Below are positions 28,789 to 38,899 of a stretch of 64,000 nt of DNA, piece after piece. The notes below the pieces were generated by a model. The model had not been told where the DNA came from and made no database searches. It saw only the letters and a program-made list of their open reading frames with translations. Positions within the stretch are counted from its first letter, which is position 1; each line of letters starts with the position of its first letter. The position numbers and the translations under genes are program-made. The DNA comes from an uncultured Clostridia bacterium (GTDB taxonomy: Bacteria > Bacillota > Clostridia > TANB77 > CAG-508). The DNA is taken from the NCBI GenBank assembly GCA_947632145.1, contig CANRNW010000003.1, positions 8,019 through 72,018 of the forward strand, read 5' to 3'.

Positions 28789-30333
28789 ATGGATAACATA
28801 TTAACAATTGTACTTACCTTTCTAATCTCATTAGCAGTTGGAATAGCTTTAGGTTTTATAATAAGAAAAAAGACTGCAGAATCTAAAATACAAAGTGCTG
28901 AGAATGAAGCAAAAAGATTATTGGAAAATGCAAATATAGAGGCTGAAAATAAGAAAAAAGAAGAAATAATTAAGGCAAAAGAAGAAATATTACAAGCTAG
29001 AAATGAGTTAGATCAAGAGATTAAAGAAAGAAGAAGCGAAGTACAGTTACAAGAAAAGAGAATAATTCAAAAAGAAGAATTATTAGAAAAAAGATCAGAG
29101 ACTTTCGAGAAAAGAGAAAACGAACTTGAAGAAAGATTTAAAGAAGTAGAACAAACAAAACAAGAAACAGAAGAATTATTAAATAAGCAAATTCAAGAAT
29201 TACAAAGAATATCAGGTTTATCTACAGAGGAAGCAAAAAAACAATTATTAGAAGAGTTAGATAAACAAATAACTAGCGAAAAGGCGGCATTGATAAAAGA
29301 AGTAGAAAATAAGGCAAAAGAGGATGCTACTAAAAACGCTAAGGAAATACTTACTTATGCTGTACAAAAATGTGCGGCAGACCATACATCAGAGACAACA
29401 GTATCTGTTGTAGCTTTACCTAATGATGATATGAAAGGTAGAATTATAGGTAGAGAAGGTAGAAATATAAAAGCATTAGAAACACTTACAGGAATAGATT
29501 TAATAATAGATGATACTCCAGAAGCTGTTATATTATCTGGATTTGATCCATTAAGAAGAGAAGTTGCAAAAATCGCTTTGGAAAAACTTATTGATGACGG
29601 TAGAATTCATCCAGCAAAAATAGAAGAAATGGTTGAAAAAGCAAAAGAAGAAGTTGAAGCAACAATAAAAGCAGAAGGAGAAAGAGCAGTTTTAGAGACA
29701 GGAGTTCACGGATTACCACAAGATATAGTAAAACTAATAGGTAAATTAAAATACAGAACTAGTTATGGACAAAATGTATTGAATCACTCAATAGAGGTTT
29801 CAAATTTAGCTCGTATAATGGCAGAAGAATTAGGATTAGATCCTAAAATAGCAAGACGTGCAGGTTTATTACATGATATAGGAAAAGCTTTAGACCACGA
29901 TATGGAAGGAACACACGTAGAAATTGGTGTAGACATATTAAAGAAATATAAAGAAAATGAAATTGTAATAAATGCAGTACAAGCTCACCACGGAGATGTT
30001 GAACCTAAGTCACTAGAAGCAGTTCTTGTTCAAGCAGCAGATGCAATATCTGCATCTAGACCTGGAGCAAGAAGAGAGACATTAGAAACATATATTAAAA
30101 GATTAGAGCAATTAGAAAAAATAGCAGATTCATTTGAAGGTGTTGAAAAATCTTTTGCAATACAAGCAGGAAGAGAAGTAAGACTTATTGTAAAACCAGA
30201 AAAAGTTTCAGATGACCAAATGGTTATAATGGCAAGAGATGTTGCAAAAAGAGTTGAAAGTGAAATGGAATATCCAGGACAAATAAAAGTAAATGTAATA
30301 AGAGAAACACGTGCAATAGAATATGCAAAATAG
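28789..30333 (+). CDS. rny: Ribonuclease Y
   Basis: N-terminal TM helix, coiled coil, KH domain ([15 protein letters not shown]), HD domain (LLHDIGKA). Confidence 0.95.
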   Translation: MDNILTIVLTFLISLAVGIALGFIIRKKTAESKIQSAENEAKRLLENANIEAENKKKEEIIKAKEEILQARNELDQEIKERRSEVQLQEKRIIQKEELLEKRSETFEKRENELEERFKEVEQTKQETEELLNKQIQELQRISGLSTEEAKKQLLEELDKQITSEKAALIKEVENKAKEDATKNAKEILTYAVQKCAADHTSETTVSVVALPNDDMKGRIIGREGRNIKALETLTGIDLIIDDTPEAVILSGFDPLRREVAKIALEKLIDDGRIHPAKIEEMVEKAKEEVEATIKAEGERAVLETGVHGLPQDIVKLIGKLKYRTSYGQNVLNHSIEVSNLARIMAEELGLDPKIARRAGLLHDIGKALDHDMEGTHVEIGVDILKKYKENEIVINAVQAHHGDVEPKSLEAVLVQAADAISASRPGARRETLETYIKRLEQLEKIADSFEGVEKSFAIQAGREVRLIVKPEKVSDDQMVIMARDVAKRVESEMEYPGQIKVNVIRETRAIEYAK

Positions 30334-30337
30334 AAAA

Positions 30338-30368
30338 AAGACTTCAACCAAATTAGGTTGAAGTCTTT
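30338..30368. terminator. Bidirectional hairpin AAGACTTCAACC-n7-GGTTGAAGTCTT
   Basis: Lies between convergent rny and yabG. Confidence 0.75.
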
Positions 30369-31115
30369 TTTCCCCTAACCATTGTTCCACTTACACCTTT
30401 AATTCCACTACTCAAAAATGGTTCAATATCATAAATAGATATATATTTATGAGCATCTGTTAAGGCTACTTTTTTTGCAACAATAAGAGGATCTATAAAA
30501 TCAATCAATATTCTACCGTGGAGATGATGCAAAATCTGCACCAGCACCAATAATGGCTTCAAAGTAACTTTGACAAGCTCCTGCGAAAATTACTAAATCT
30601 TCACTAGAACTAGCCCAATTTCTTGCTTCTTTAACAGTATTTATGAAATGTCTTGAATTACGATAATTGTATATGTTGTTTTTATCAGTATTATTTTTAA
30701 GCATTGCATCATGACCAGTTATTACTAATATGTCTGGTTTATATCGTTCCAGTAAGTTTCTTACAATACTTGCTTGTTTGCTTTCTGGAATATTTTTAAC
30801 AATTGCGTTTAATCCAGATTGTTTATAATATCTTGCAGATTTTTCAGTATAACGCCTATCTCCATCTAAATGCAATATAAGAGCATTGCTTGTAGTTAAT
30901 AATCTAGTAGAGCTATTTAAATTTTTAGTTTCTAGAGAACTATCCATTAAAACTAAATCAGATAACGGAGCATCTGCGATAATTCTAATATTAAGACCTT
31001 TTAAAATTGCAATTTTGGTATTATTTTTTGATTTTATAATTTTGTCAACTATAAATAAAATATCTTTGTTATATGATTTCCTTGCAACAACATTTCCGCT
31101 TTTTAAGTTGTTTAT
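30353..31115 (-). CDS. yabG: Sporulation-specific protease YabG (frame junction at CGG 30518-30516; no canonical start codon)
   Basis: ..VARKSYNKDILF.., PDILVITGHDA, VIFAGACQSYFEAIIGAGADFASSP|GRILIDFIDPLIVAKK.. matches B. subtilis YabG only after skipping the C. The frame is open from 31124. The best N-terminus starts at ATA 31115. Confidence 0.8.
30516..30518 (-). other. In-frame CGG at +1 frame junction (yabG)
   Basis: CCA CGG TAG(stop) in frame 0; CCA c GGT AGA ATA TTG continues YabG. Confidence 0.85.
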
Positions 31116-31316
31116 CTGTTTTTCTTAAATACGCAAAATTCAATTATAATATTCATTCCTTTCAATAATAGATATAATGGGACAATACATAATATGTAGT
31201 TTTGTGTCGAAATGTGTATTAGTATTGCTTTTTTTAGATTGATAAAATATAATAAAGATAAATGAATAGTTAAGAGTACAAAATTTGCTTTTATGAAATT
31301 TTGAAAGGAGAAATCA

Positions 31317-32252
31317 ATGAAAGAACAATTTGATTTTTATAGTAAAACTGTTTTAAAATCATATAATTTAGATGATAAAATGAGATATCAATTAAATATG
31401 TTAGATAATTTAGATGTATTCACAAGAAAACACTGCGAAAATGTTGCTAATTTAACTTGTAGAATGTGTGAATATATGCATTTAAATAAAGATTTTACAA
31501 TATATTGCACAATTTGTGCATATTTACATGATATAGGTAAATTGTTTATACCACCAAAGATTCTGCAAAAGCAGTCAGCACTTACTGATGAAGAGTATGA
31601 GGTTATGAAAACTCATACGATAATTGGTTATGATATGTGTATGAAGGATTTGAAATTAAGACCTTATGCAGTTGGAGCAAGGAGTCATCATGAGGCATTA
31701 AATGGTACAGGGTACCCTGATGGATTGAAGAAGAAAGATATTCCACTAGAAGCCCAAATAATTAGGGTAGCAGATGAGTATGATGCAATAGTTAGTAAAA
31801 GACAATATAAATCTCATATAGATATTTCAGACACATTAAAAATAATAATTGGGGATACAAGACCAAACACAAAATCGACTGCACTAGAATCATTGACAAT
31901 AGATGCAAAGGTTGGAAAGGTAAATCCTAAAATAGTAAAAGTACTTTTAAAAGTTGTAATAGATGATATTGAATATGAAATATCTTGTTTATTCGAATAT
32001 ATTGAATATTTAAAAACTGAAATAGAGAGATTAGAACAAATAGATAAATATCATGAAAAAATGATTGCTCAAAAAAGAGAATCAAAGAAAGAATATTTTA
32101 CAGAGGGTATGAGAGTATTATTAGGGAAAAATGAAACAATAGAAAATTATAAAGATATATTAAATGAGTATAGAAATGCACTAAATGAGAGAGAATTAAA
32201 GATAGAGAAGTTAAATGATGAAATTAAAAAAATAAAAAAATTAAAAGTATAA
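31317..32252 (+). CDS. HD-GYP domain phosphodiesterase with C-terminal coiled coil
   Basis: LHDIGK, HHEALNGTGYPDGL. Confidence 0.85.
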   Translation: MKEQFDFYSKTVLKSYNLDDKMRYQLNMLDNLDVFTRKHCENVANLTCRMCEYMHLNKDFTIYCTICAYLHDIGKLFIPPKILQKQSALTDEEYEVMKTHTIIGYDMCMKDLKLRPYAVGARSHHEALNGTGYPDGLKKKDIPLEAQIIRVADEYDAIVSKRQYKSHIDISDTLKIIIGDTRPNTKSTALESLTIDAKVGKVNPKIVKVLLKVVIDDIEYEISCLFEYIEYLKTEIERLEQIDKYHEKMIAQKRESKKEYFTEGMRVLLGKNETIENYKDILNEYRNALNERELKIEKLNDEIKKIKKLKV

Positions 32253-32318
32253 AAATATTGAATTTATTTAATGTATGTGATATAACAAATGTAAAATATA
32301 CAAAGGAGAGAAAAAACA

Positions 32319-32465
32319 ATGGAAGAAAAAAAGGTAGAAAAGAAAAAAATAGACAAAAGAAAATTAGCAACAAAAATTATGGCAGGATTTTTAGCAATAC
32401 TTATGGTAGTTGGAACAGTAGGAAGTTTTGTATATTACCTTGTAAATTATGTAATAAAGAAATAA
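32319..32465 (+). CDS. Small membrane protein (48 aa, below track cutoff)
   Basis: AAAGGAGAG SD. Product MEEKKVEKKKIDKRKLATKIMAGFLAILMVVGTVGSFVYYLVNYVIKK. Confidence 0.45.
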   Translation: MEEKKVEKKKIDKRKLATKIMAGFLAILMVVGTVGSFVYYLVNYVIKK

Positions 32466-32474
32466 GAGGTACTT

Positions 32475-33377
32475 ATGACAAATAATTTTTTTGAAAAATT
32501 AAATCAAATGTATAAAACAAATTTAATAGGATTTTGGGATGGATTATATCAAAATCCTATTAAATTAGTAATGCTAATATTAGATATTAGTATTGTATTA
32601 TTTTTAGCATATAAATTACTCAAACTTGCTAAAAATACAAGAGCTTGGCAGTTATTAAAAGGAATAATATTTTTAATTTTAGCAACTTGGGCAAGCTCAA
32701 TATTGGGACTAAACATATTAAATTATATACTTACATCATTTATGACATATGGAGTAATAATTTTAATAGTTATATTTCAACCAGAATTGCGTAGAGCATT
32801 AGAACAACTGGGAACAAGTAAAATAACTAGGTTTTTTGGAATAGATAAAGATTTAGCAACGAAAACAAAAGAAAACATATATAAAATAGTGATTGCTGCC
32901 TTAGAATTATCTAAGAAAAAAACAGGTGCACTAATAGTTATAGAAAGAGATATAAAAATAAAAGATATAATAAACACAGGAATTTTAATGAAAGCAGAAA
33001 TATCTCCACAACTTTTAGTAAATATATTTGAGCCTAAAACTCCATTACACGATGGAGCAGTTATAATTAGCGAGAATCAAATAATGGCAGCAGCTTGTAT
33101 GCTACCTCTTGCAAATGATACAGACATTGCAAAAGAATTAGGAACAAGACATAGATCCGGAATTGGAATTTCTAAAGAATCAGATGCAATAGTTATAATA
33201 GTGTCTGAGGAAACAGGAAAAATATCAATAGCTAAAGATGGAACGTTGATAGCAGATGTAAAAGAAGAAGCATTGAAAAAAATACTGATAAAAAATATTG
33301 TAACAGATAGATTTGTGATAAACGAAAGGAAACACAAAGTAAAATTATTTAATAACAAAAAGGAAAATAAACAATAG
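32475..33377 (+). CDS. cdaA: Diadenylate cyclase CdaA (DisA_N/DAC domain, three N-terminal TM helices)
   Basis: GALIVIERD, PLHDGAVII, GTRHRSGIGISKESDA. Confidence 0.92.
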   Translation: MTNNFFEKLNQMYKTNLIGFWDGLYQNPIKLVMLILDISIVLFLAYKLLKLAKNTRAWQLLKGIIFLILATWASSILGLNILNYILTSFMTYGVIILIVIFQPELRRALEQLGTSKITRFFGIDKDLATKTKENIYKIVIAALELSKKKTGALIVIERDIKIKDIINTGILMKAEISPQLLVNIFEPKTPLHDGAVIISENQIMAAACMLPLANDTDIAKELGTRHRSGIGISKESDAIVIIVSEETGKISIAKDGTLIADVKEEALKKILIKNIVTDRFVINERKHKVKLFNNKKENKQ

Positions 33378-33392
33378 TATATTATATGATAA

Positions 33393-33420
33393 GGGGTCGC
33401 ATGGCATGCGACCCTTTTTG
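33393..33420 (+). terminator. GC-rich hairpin GGGTCGCAT-ggc-ATGCGACCC plus T-run
   Basis: Immediately after cdaA. Confidence 0.8.
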
Positions 33421-33500
33421 TTTACAAATCAACATAATTATGGTATAATAATATGCATAGACAATCTTGTCTAAATAAATTTTTTTTAGGAGGTTCTTTT

Positions 33501-33974
33501 ATGGAACGGAAAGCGATTTACTTTAATGGCGATGTAACCTTGCTGAAATTGAATGAGTTTTTAGAAAAAATAAAACTTAAAGATTTTGGCATAACAGACA
33601 TCGTTATCGGCGGTAGTTTACTGCAGGAAGTTGAAGATCTGAATAAGAATATTCTTGCGGTACCGGTAAATTTGTGGTTTTTGGATGACATTGAAAATCC
33701 CGATGCTATCATAAAAGTAGATGGCGACTTATACTGTGTAGGAAATATTGATGCATATCATTTCTCCGTATCTGGTGATATTACGTGTGAGAAGGATGTG
33801 GATATTGCCTACATTGAAAGTGGTGGAGATGCTACTTTTGAAGGCAACGTGAATGGCAATGAAATCAAAACTTTTGGCGATTTTACCTGCTATGGAGCCT
33901 GCAATTCAAGTGTCATGGTAGGAGGTTTCTTTATCTGTAAAGGCGATTGTACAGAGGATGTTAAAAAAATCTAA
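33501..33974 (+). CDS. GC-rich orphan ORF 3 (157 aa), hypothetical; Gly/Asp/Cys-rich beta-repeat-like C-terminal half
   Basis: TAGGAGG SD. TTTACA-17-(TGG)TATAAT promoter at 33421-33449. CGG is codon 3 (33507-33509). Terminator GGGAGCA-n4-TGCTCCC at 34003-34020. Confidence 0.6.
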   Translation: MERKAIYFNGDVTLLKLNEFLEKIKLKDFGITDIVIGGSLLQEVEDLNKNILAVPVNLWFLDDIENPDAIIKVDGDLYCVGNIDAYHFSVSGDITCEKDVDIAYIESGGDATFEGNVNGNEIKTFGDFTCYGACNSSVMVGGFFICKGDCTEDVKKI

Positions 33975-34089
33975 AAATTTCATATTGGAACATTCTTTTT
34001 TTGGGAGCAGAATTGCTCCCTTTCCTTTTTTGCAACATTTATTAAACTATGGTATAATTATTAAGAATTTAAACTAAGAGGTAACAAAT

Positions 34090-34824
34090 ATGCGAAATAT
34101 AAAACTAATAATAGAATATGATGGAAAAGGTTTTAATGGGTGGCAAAAACAACCTAATAAGCCCAATATTCAAGGAGAAATAGAAAATGCAATAGAAAGA
34201 ATAACCGGAGAAAAAGTAGAATTATATGCAAGTGGTAGAACAGATGCTGGAGTTCATGCTATTGCTCAAACAGCAAATTTTAAAACTAACAGTAGTATTC
34301 CAATAGAAAAGCTTTGCTTGGCAATAAATTCACAATTAAAAAAGAGTATAGTTGTAAAGGAAGCAACAGAGGTTGATGAGAATTTTCATTGTAGATATAA
34401 TTGCAAAGGCAAAAAGTATAGGTATATTATAAATAATTCTATAAATGGAAGTGCTATATATAGAGGGCTAGAATATCATATGCTAGCAAAATTAAATGTA
34501 GATAAAATGAGGGAAGCAGCAAAATTTTTTGTTGGTGTTCACGACTTTAAGGCGTTTAAATCTAGTGGAACAAGTAGCAAAAGTAGTGTTAGAGAAATAT
34601 ACACAGCAGAAGTAATAGAAGAAGGGGAAAGAATAAAAATAGAACTTACAGGAAGCGGATTCTTATACAATATGGTAAGAATAATATCTGGAACTTTAGT
34701 AGATGTGGGCTTAGGAAAAATAAAACCTGAAGAAATAAAAGATATAATAGAAAACAAAGATAGAACAAAGGCAGGAAAAACTTTACCTGCACATGGATTA
34801 TATTTAGTAGAAGTATATTATTAA
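34090..34824 (+). CDS. truA: tRNA pseudouridine(38-40) synthase TruA
   Basis: IEYDGKGFNGWQKQ.., ASGRTDAGVHA, GSGFLYNMVRI. Confidence 0.95.
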   Translation: MRNIKLIIEYDGKGFNGWQKQPNKPNIQGEIENAIERITGEKVELYASGRTDAGVHAIAQTANFKTNSSIPIEKLCLAINSQLKKSIVVKEATEVDENFHCRYNCKGKKYRYIINNSINGSAIYRGLEYHMLAKLNVDKMREAAKFFVGVHDFKAFKSSGTSSKSSVREIYTAEVIEEGERIKIELTGSGFLYNMVRIISGTLVDVGLGKIKPEEIKDIIENKDRTKAGKTLPAHGLYLVEVYY

Positions 34825-34910
34825 AATCACAAATTGATAAATTATTCATATAATAGCATTAAGAGATAGTAGAGATGATTTTAATCGTCTAAAGAACAGG
34901 AGGGAAATAT

Positions 34911-35243
34911 ATGAATACTTTATTGATTTTTTTTGCGCTACCAGTTGCAACTATAATATTAGCTGTTGTTTTAGAAAAAGTACTTAATTGTCCGTTAGCA
35001 GTAGCGGCAGTATTTTTTGCCATATACTTAATTGTTACATTTGCTGTATTTGATGCTACTTTTCTAATTGCAACTATTGTGTATACTATTCTAGCATTTT
35101 TAAGTGCTGTAATTGCTAGATTTTTAAGTAATTTAAATTCTAATGATGACAATAATAATTCAAACGATTGTGGGTTAACTACAGTATCTAATAATAGTGG
35201 TAATACTAATAGCTGTGGTTGTCGATGTAGAAGAAGATTTTAA
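34911..35243 (+). CDS. Small membrane protein with Asn/Cys/Arg-rich tail
   Basis: Three predicted TM helices. GGAGGGAAA SD. Confidence 0.5.
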   Translation: MNTLLIFFALPVATIILAVVLEKVLNCPLAVAAVFFAIYLIVTFAVFDATFLIATIVYTILAFLSAVIARFLSNLNSNDDNNNSNDCGLTTVSNNSGNTNSCGCRCRRRF

Positions 35244-35353
35244 TATGAATTAAAAAAATAAAGAAAGGAAAATAATAATATGCATTATTGTTTCCCTTTC
35301 TTTATTTTAAAATTTCTATTTCATATTTGTTCCATATTGTTTTATTTCTAAGA

Positions 35354-37750
35354 TCAACTTATCTTATTTTCTTTTGCATTTTTTGCATATTTTTTTAGTT
35401 TTTCATAAGCTAGGTAATTAACTGTACCAGCAGGGAATAGACCATTTTTATCTTTTTTACCAGCTGGAACTCCAGTTAATATTTCAATTCCTTCATCTAT
35501 TGTACTTACTGCATATATATGGAATAAACCTTGTTTTACAGATTCGACTACTTCATCTGAAAGGTTTAAATTTTTAACATTTTGAACTGGAATAATTACA
35601 CCATGAGATCCGTTTAATCCCCTCATTTTACATATTTGGAAAAATCCTTCAATTTTTTCATTAACTCCACCTATAGGTTGAATCATACCTTTTTGATTAA
35701 CAGAACCTGTTACTGCAATAGATTGGTTTATTGGTATATTAGATAAGCTTGAAAGTAATGCATATGCTTCTGTGCTTGATGCACTATCACCATCAACACC
35801 ACCATATAATTGTTCAAAACAGATACTTGCTGTAAGTGATAATGGTATTTCTTGAGCAAATTGTTCTCCGATATATCCAGATAATATAAGAACACCTTTA
35901 GAATGTGTAGATCCAGACATTTCAACTTCACGCTCAATATTTATAATCTCGCTTTTTCCCATATATGTGTTAACTGTTATTTTTGCAGGTTTACCAAAAG
36001 AATAGTCTCCAATTGTCATTATTGTAAGCCCATTGATTTCACCAACTTGAAATCCATCTGTATCAATAAGTAATGTGTTGTCTTTTATCATTTCTAAATA
36101 CTTTGTATCATATTTTTTTATTCTATCAATTCTTTCATCAAGAGCTTTTTGAATGTAATTTTTTGTAACTATTTTTTTCTTTGCTAGTTTAGCCCAAGTA
36201 GCAGCTTCTCCAACAATTTCACCAATTTCATTAAATTTTGTTGAAAGCTTTTCCTTGTCTCCTGCAAGTCGTGATGTAAATTCAACTACTTTTGCCATAG
36301 CTTCAGGATCCAATTCTAAAAGACCTTCTTTAGAGCAGTAACTATGAACAAATTTTGCAAGTCTAATAATATTGTCATCTGTTCTTGGAGCATCTTCTTC
36401 AAATTCGACTTTTACTTTAAATAATTTTTTAAAGTCTGGATCTGCTGCTAGTAATGTTTGATAAATATTTGCATTACCTATAACTAAAACTTTTATATCT
36501 AATGGAATTGGTTCTGGTTTTAAAGATACCATAACCATTGATGAACGTTGATCCATAGTATTTTCTATATTTAATTCTTTAACCATTAAAGATTTTTTTA
36601 AAGCTTCATAACACATAGCACTAGATAATAAATCTTTGGCTTGAAGCATTATATAGCCACCATTAGCTTTATGAAGAAGTCCAGGTTTTAACATTGTATA
36701 ATCTGTTTTTAACATTCCATACTGATTCTCATATTCAAGTTTACCAAACATATTTTGATAACTATAGTTAGAATCCATTACAACAGGTGCACCTTCTAAG
36801 TGACTATTATCAACAAATAAGTTAACTCTATAGTTAAGCCAAGGCTTTGATGCAGCATCTGGTCCTTGTCGACCATTTTGATTTTTGTAATTTGAATTTT
36901 CATCCACAAGAAATAGTGGAACATTTTTTAATATATCTGCTTTTATATCATCTAAAAATTTAACAATTTTTTTATTCTTTTTATATTTAGATTTTAAATT
37001 ACTAATATGAACATTTATAGTAAGAAGAGCAACATTAGATTGCCATTCTTCAATTTTTTTATCAGCTTCTTTTTCAATTACTTTTATTTCACTAAGCACT
37101 TCGAAAACTTGCTCTTGTACAGAGGTAGATTTTTCTTCAAATTGTTGTTTAATACTTTCATCAAGTTTTTCAAATTCTTGTTCTTCAATTGCCTTTCCAT
37201 CTATTACTGGCATCATATAAACACCACTTTGTGTGGCTTTAACAGAAAAACCTTGTTCCATTGTTTTTTTATTTAAGGCTTCTAATAAAGTATTTCTTTT
37301 TTCTTCAAATTCTTGTCTTATTAGCTTCTTTTCTTTTTCAAAGTCATCATTATCAAAAGTTCTTTTTATATCTGTTTTAATATCTTTTATAAAAGAATCC
37401 ATATCTTCTTTAAAAACTTTACCTTGACCTGCAACAAGAGGTACTGCAATTGGTTCGTTAGAATTTTCAAAATTATATATATAACACCAATCTGATGGTT
37501 TCTTTTGTTTTTTTGCAATAAAGTCTAAATAATTCTTTGTATACATAGTTTTTCCAACGCCCATAGGACCTTCAAGATATAGGTTATAACCTTTTATTCC
37601 AACATTTAAGCCAAATTCTAAGGCTTTTATTCCTCTATCTTGACCATATACAAGGTCGATTGTGTCCAAATCTGCTGTGCTTTCGAATGTAAACACATTT
37701 GAGTTACATACATTTTTTAAATCTTTGTAAGATAATTCATTCTTCTTCAT
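35354..37750 (-). CDS. Lon-like ATP-dependent protease (AAA+ module with long helical insertion plus S16 Lon protease domain)
   Basis: GPMGVGKT Walker A. C-terminal GGVDGDSASSTEAYALLSSLS..PIGGVNEKIEGFF. AAGGAGG SD before ATG 37750. Confidence 0.8.
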   Translation of the reverse strand: MKKNELSYKDLKNVCNSNVFTFESTADLDTIDLVYGQDRGIKALEFGLNVGIKGYNLYLEGPMGVGKTMYTKNYLDFIAKKQKKPSDWCYIYNFENSNEPIAVPLVAGQGKVFKEDMDSFIKDIKTDIKRTFDNDDFEKEKKLIRQEFEEKRNTLLEALNKKTMEQGFSVKATQSGVYMMPVIDGKAIEEQEFEKLDESIKQQFEEKSTSVQEQVFEVLSEIKVIEKEADKKIEEWQSNVALLTINVHISNLKSKYKKNKKIVKFLDDIKADILKNVPLFLVDENSNYKNQNGRQGPDAASKPWLNYRVNLFVDNSHLEGAPVVMDSNYSYQNMFGKLEYENQYGMLKTDYTMLKPGLLHKANGGYIMLQAKDLLSSAMCYEALKKSLMVKELNIENTMDQRSSMVMVSLKPEPIPLDIKVLVIGNANIYQTLLAADPDFKKLFKVKVEFEEDAPRTDDNIIRLAKFVHSYCSKEGLLELDPEAMAKVVEFTSRLAGDKEKLSTKFNEIGEIVGEAATWAKLAKKKIVTKNYIQKALDERIDRIKKYDTKYLEMIKDNTLLIDTDGFQVGEINGLTIMTIGDYSFGKPAKITVNTYMGKSEIINIEREVEMSGSTHSKGVLILSGYIGEQFAQEIPLSLTASICFEQLYGGVDGDSASSTEAYALLSSLSNIPINQSIAVTGSVNQKGMIQPIGGVNEKIEGFFQICKMRGLNGSHGVIIPVQNVKNLNLSDEVVESVKQGLFHIYAVSTIDEGIEILTGVPAGKKDKNGLFPAGTVNYLAYEKLKKYAKNAKENKIS

Positions 37751-37786
37751 TAGTACCTCCTTAATTATATAGCGCAATCATACGCT

Positions 37787-38228
37787 TTACATATATAATG
37801 TCATAATAACTGCATCATCTGTATTATTATAATATTTTTTTCTAATACCTAATTCTTTAAATCCGTGCTTTTGAGTATAATTTTCTTGCAATTTGATTAT
37901 TTGCATTTACTTCTAAAGTTAATTCGGTAAATTTTAATTTTTTTGTTAACTCTATAAGTTTTTGCAATAACAAAGTTCCTATACCATTTCCTCTATAATT
38001 TTTTTTAACTACAATATTTGTTATATGTATGTTATCTACAGATTTCCAAATACCAGCAAAACCAACTACTTCATTATTTAGTTTTGCCACAATGTAATGA
38101 GAATTCTCATTATGTAATTCCGATTTTAAAGTTTCTGCTGACCAAAAATTATCATAATCTGAAAATAGAATAGGCGAGATAATGTCAAAATCAGAAATAG
38201 TCATATCACTAATTTCTAAATTATCCAT
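37787..38228 (-). CDS. rimI: Ribosomal-protein-alanine N-acetyltransferase RimI (frame junction at CGG 37865-37863)
   Basis: GNAT motif YRGNGIGTLLLQKLIE. Frame 0 ends ..SKARI*. Skipping the C gives the canonical end ..LYSKA|GFKELGIRKKYYNNTDDAVIMTLYM*. Confidence 0.88.
37863..37865 (-). other. In-frame CGG at +1 frame junction (rimI)
   Basis: GCA CGG ATT TAA versus GCA c GGA TTT AAA GAA TTA GGT. Confidence 0.85.
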
Positions 38229-38899
38229 TTAATTCTTTCATCCTTTCAGCTTGAGATTTTTTTAAGTACATAGGTAAAACAGTGTCTGCATTTTCAGTAT
38301 ATCCATTTTTATATTTTTCAAAAGCACATTTTCCTATATTTGCAGAATGTTGATCGTTATTTTCAGAAAATTTTGCATTTTTAAAAAGATTTACTAAAGT
38401 GTTTTTATAATTTATAGAACCTGTACCTACAAAAGTTATGTCATTATAATTTTTTAAAGCAGAAGATATGTTAGAAATGTCATCTGTTGTATATTCTTCA
38501 AGCAAATTATAGTTTTTATCAAATACGGCATAATATACCTGATTGTTATTAGCATCGATTAAAGAGCAAATAACACCTGTCGCATTTGGAACATTATACG
38601 CTAAACAATCTAGTGAACTAACTCCAATCACAGGAATATTTGCAACTTCTGCAATTGCTTTTGCAGTTGCAATTCCAATTCTAATTCCAGTAAAAGAACC
38701 GAGGCCCTTTGTTACAAGCAATTAAATCTATTTCTGGTAATCCAATATTTGATTTTATAAATAAATTTTGTATCAATGGCATTAAATTTTGAGAATGTGT
38801 TTTGTTGTCATCTATAACTAATTCTTCTATAGTTTGATTATCTTCTAATAATGCAACAGAGCATAGGTTACTAGATGTGTCTATACTTAATATTTTCAA
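38221..38899 (-). CDS. tsaB: tRNA t6A37 biosynthesis protein TsaB (frame junction at CGG 38701-38699)
   Basis: MKILSIDTSS..ACNKGP|GSFTGIRIGIATAKAIA.. The canonical GPGSFTGxRIG motif appears only after skipping the C. Confidence 0.9.
38699..38701 (-). other. In-frame CGG at +1 frame junction (tsaB)
   Basis: CCT CGG TTC in frame 0; CCT c GGT TCT TTT ACT GGA restores the protein. Confidence 0.88.

Noticed and set aside
35354-37750. The Lon-like protease as BrxL of a BREX defence island.
   Set aside because: No other BREX genes (pglX, pglZ, brxA/B/C) are adjacent, and the neighbours are housekeeping genes. It is more consistent with the stand-alone Lon-family proteases of spore formers.
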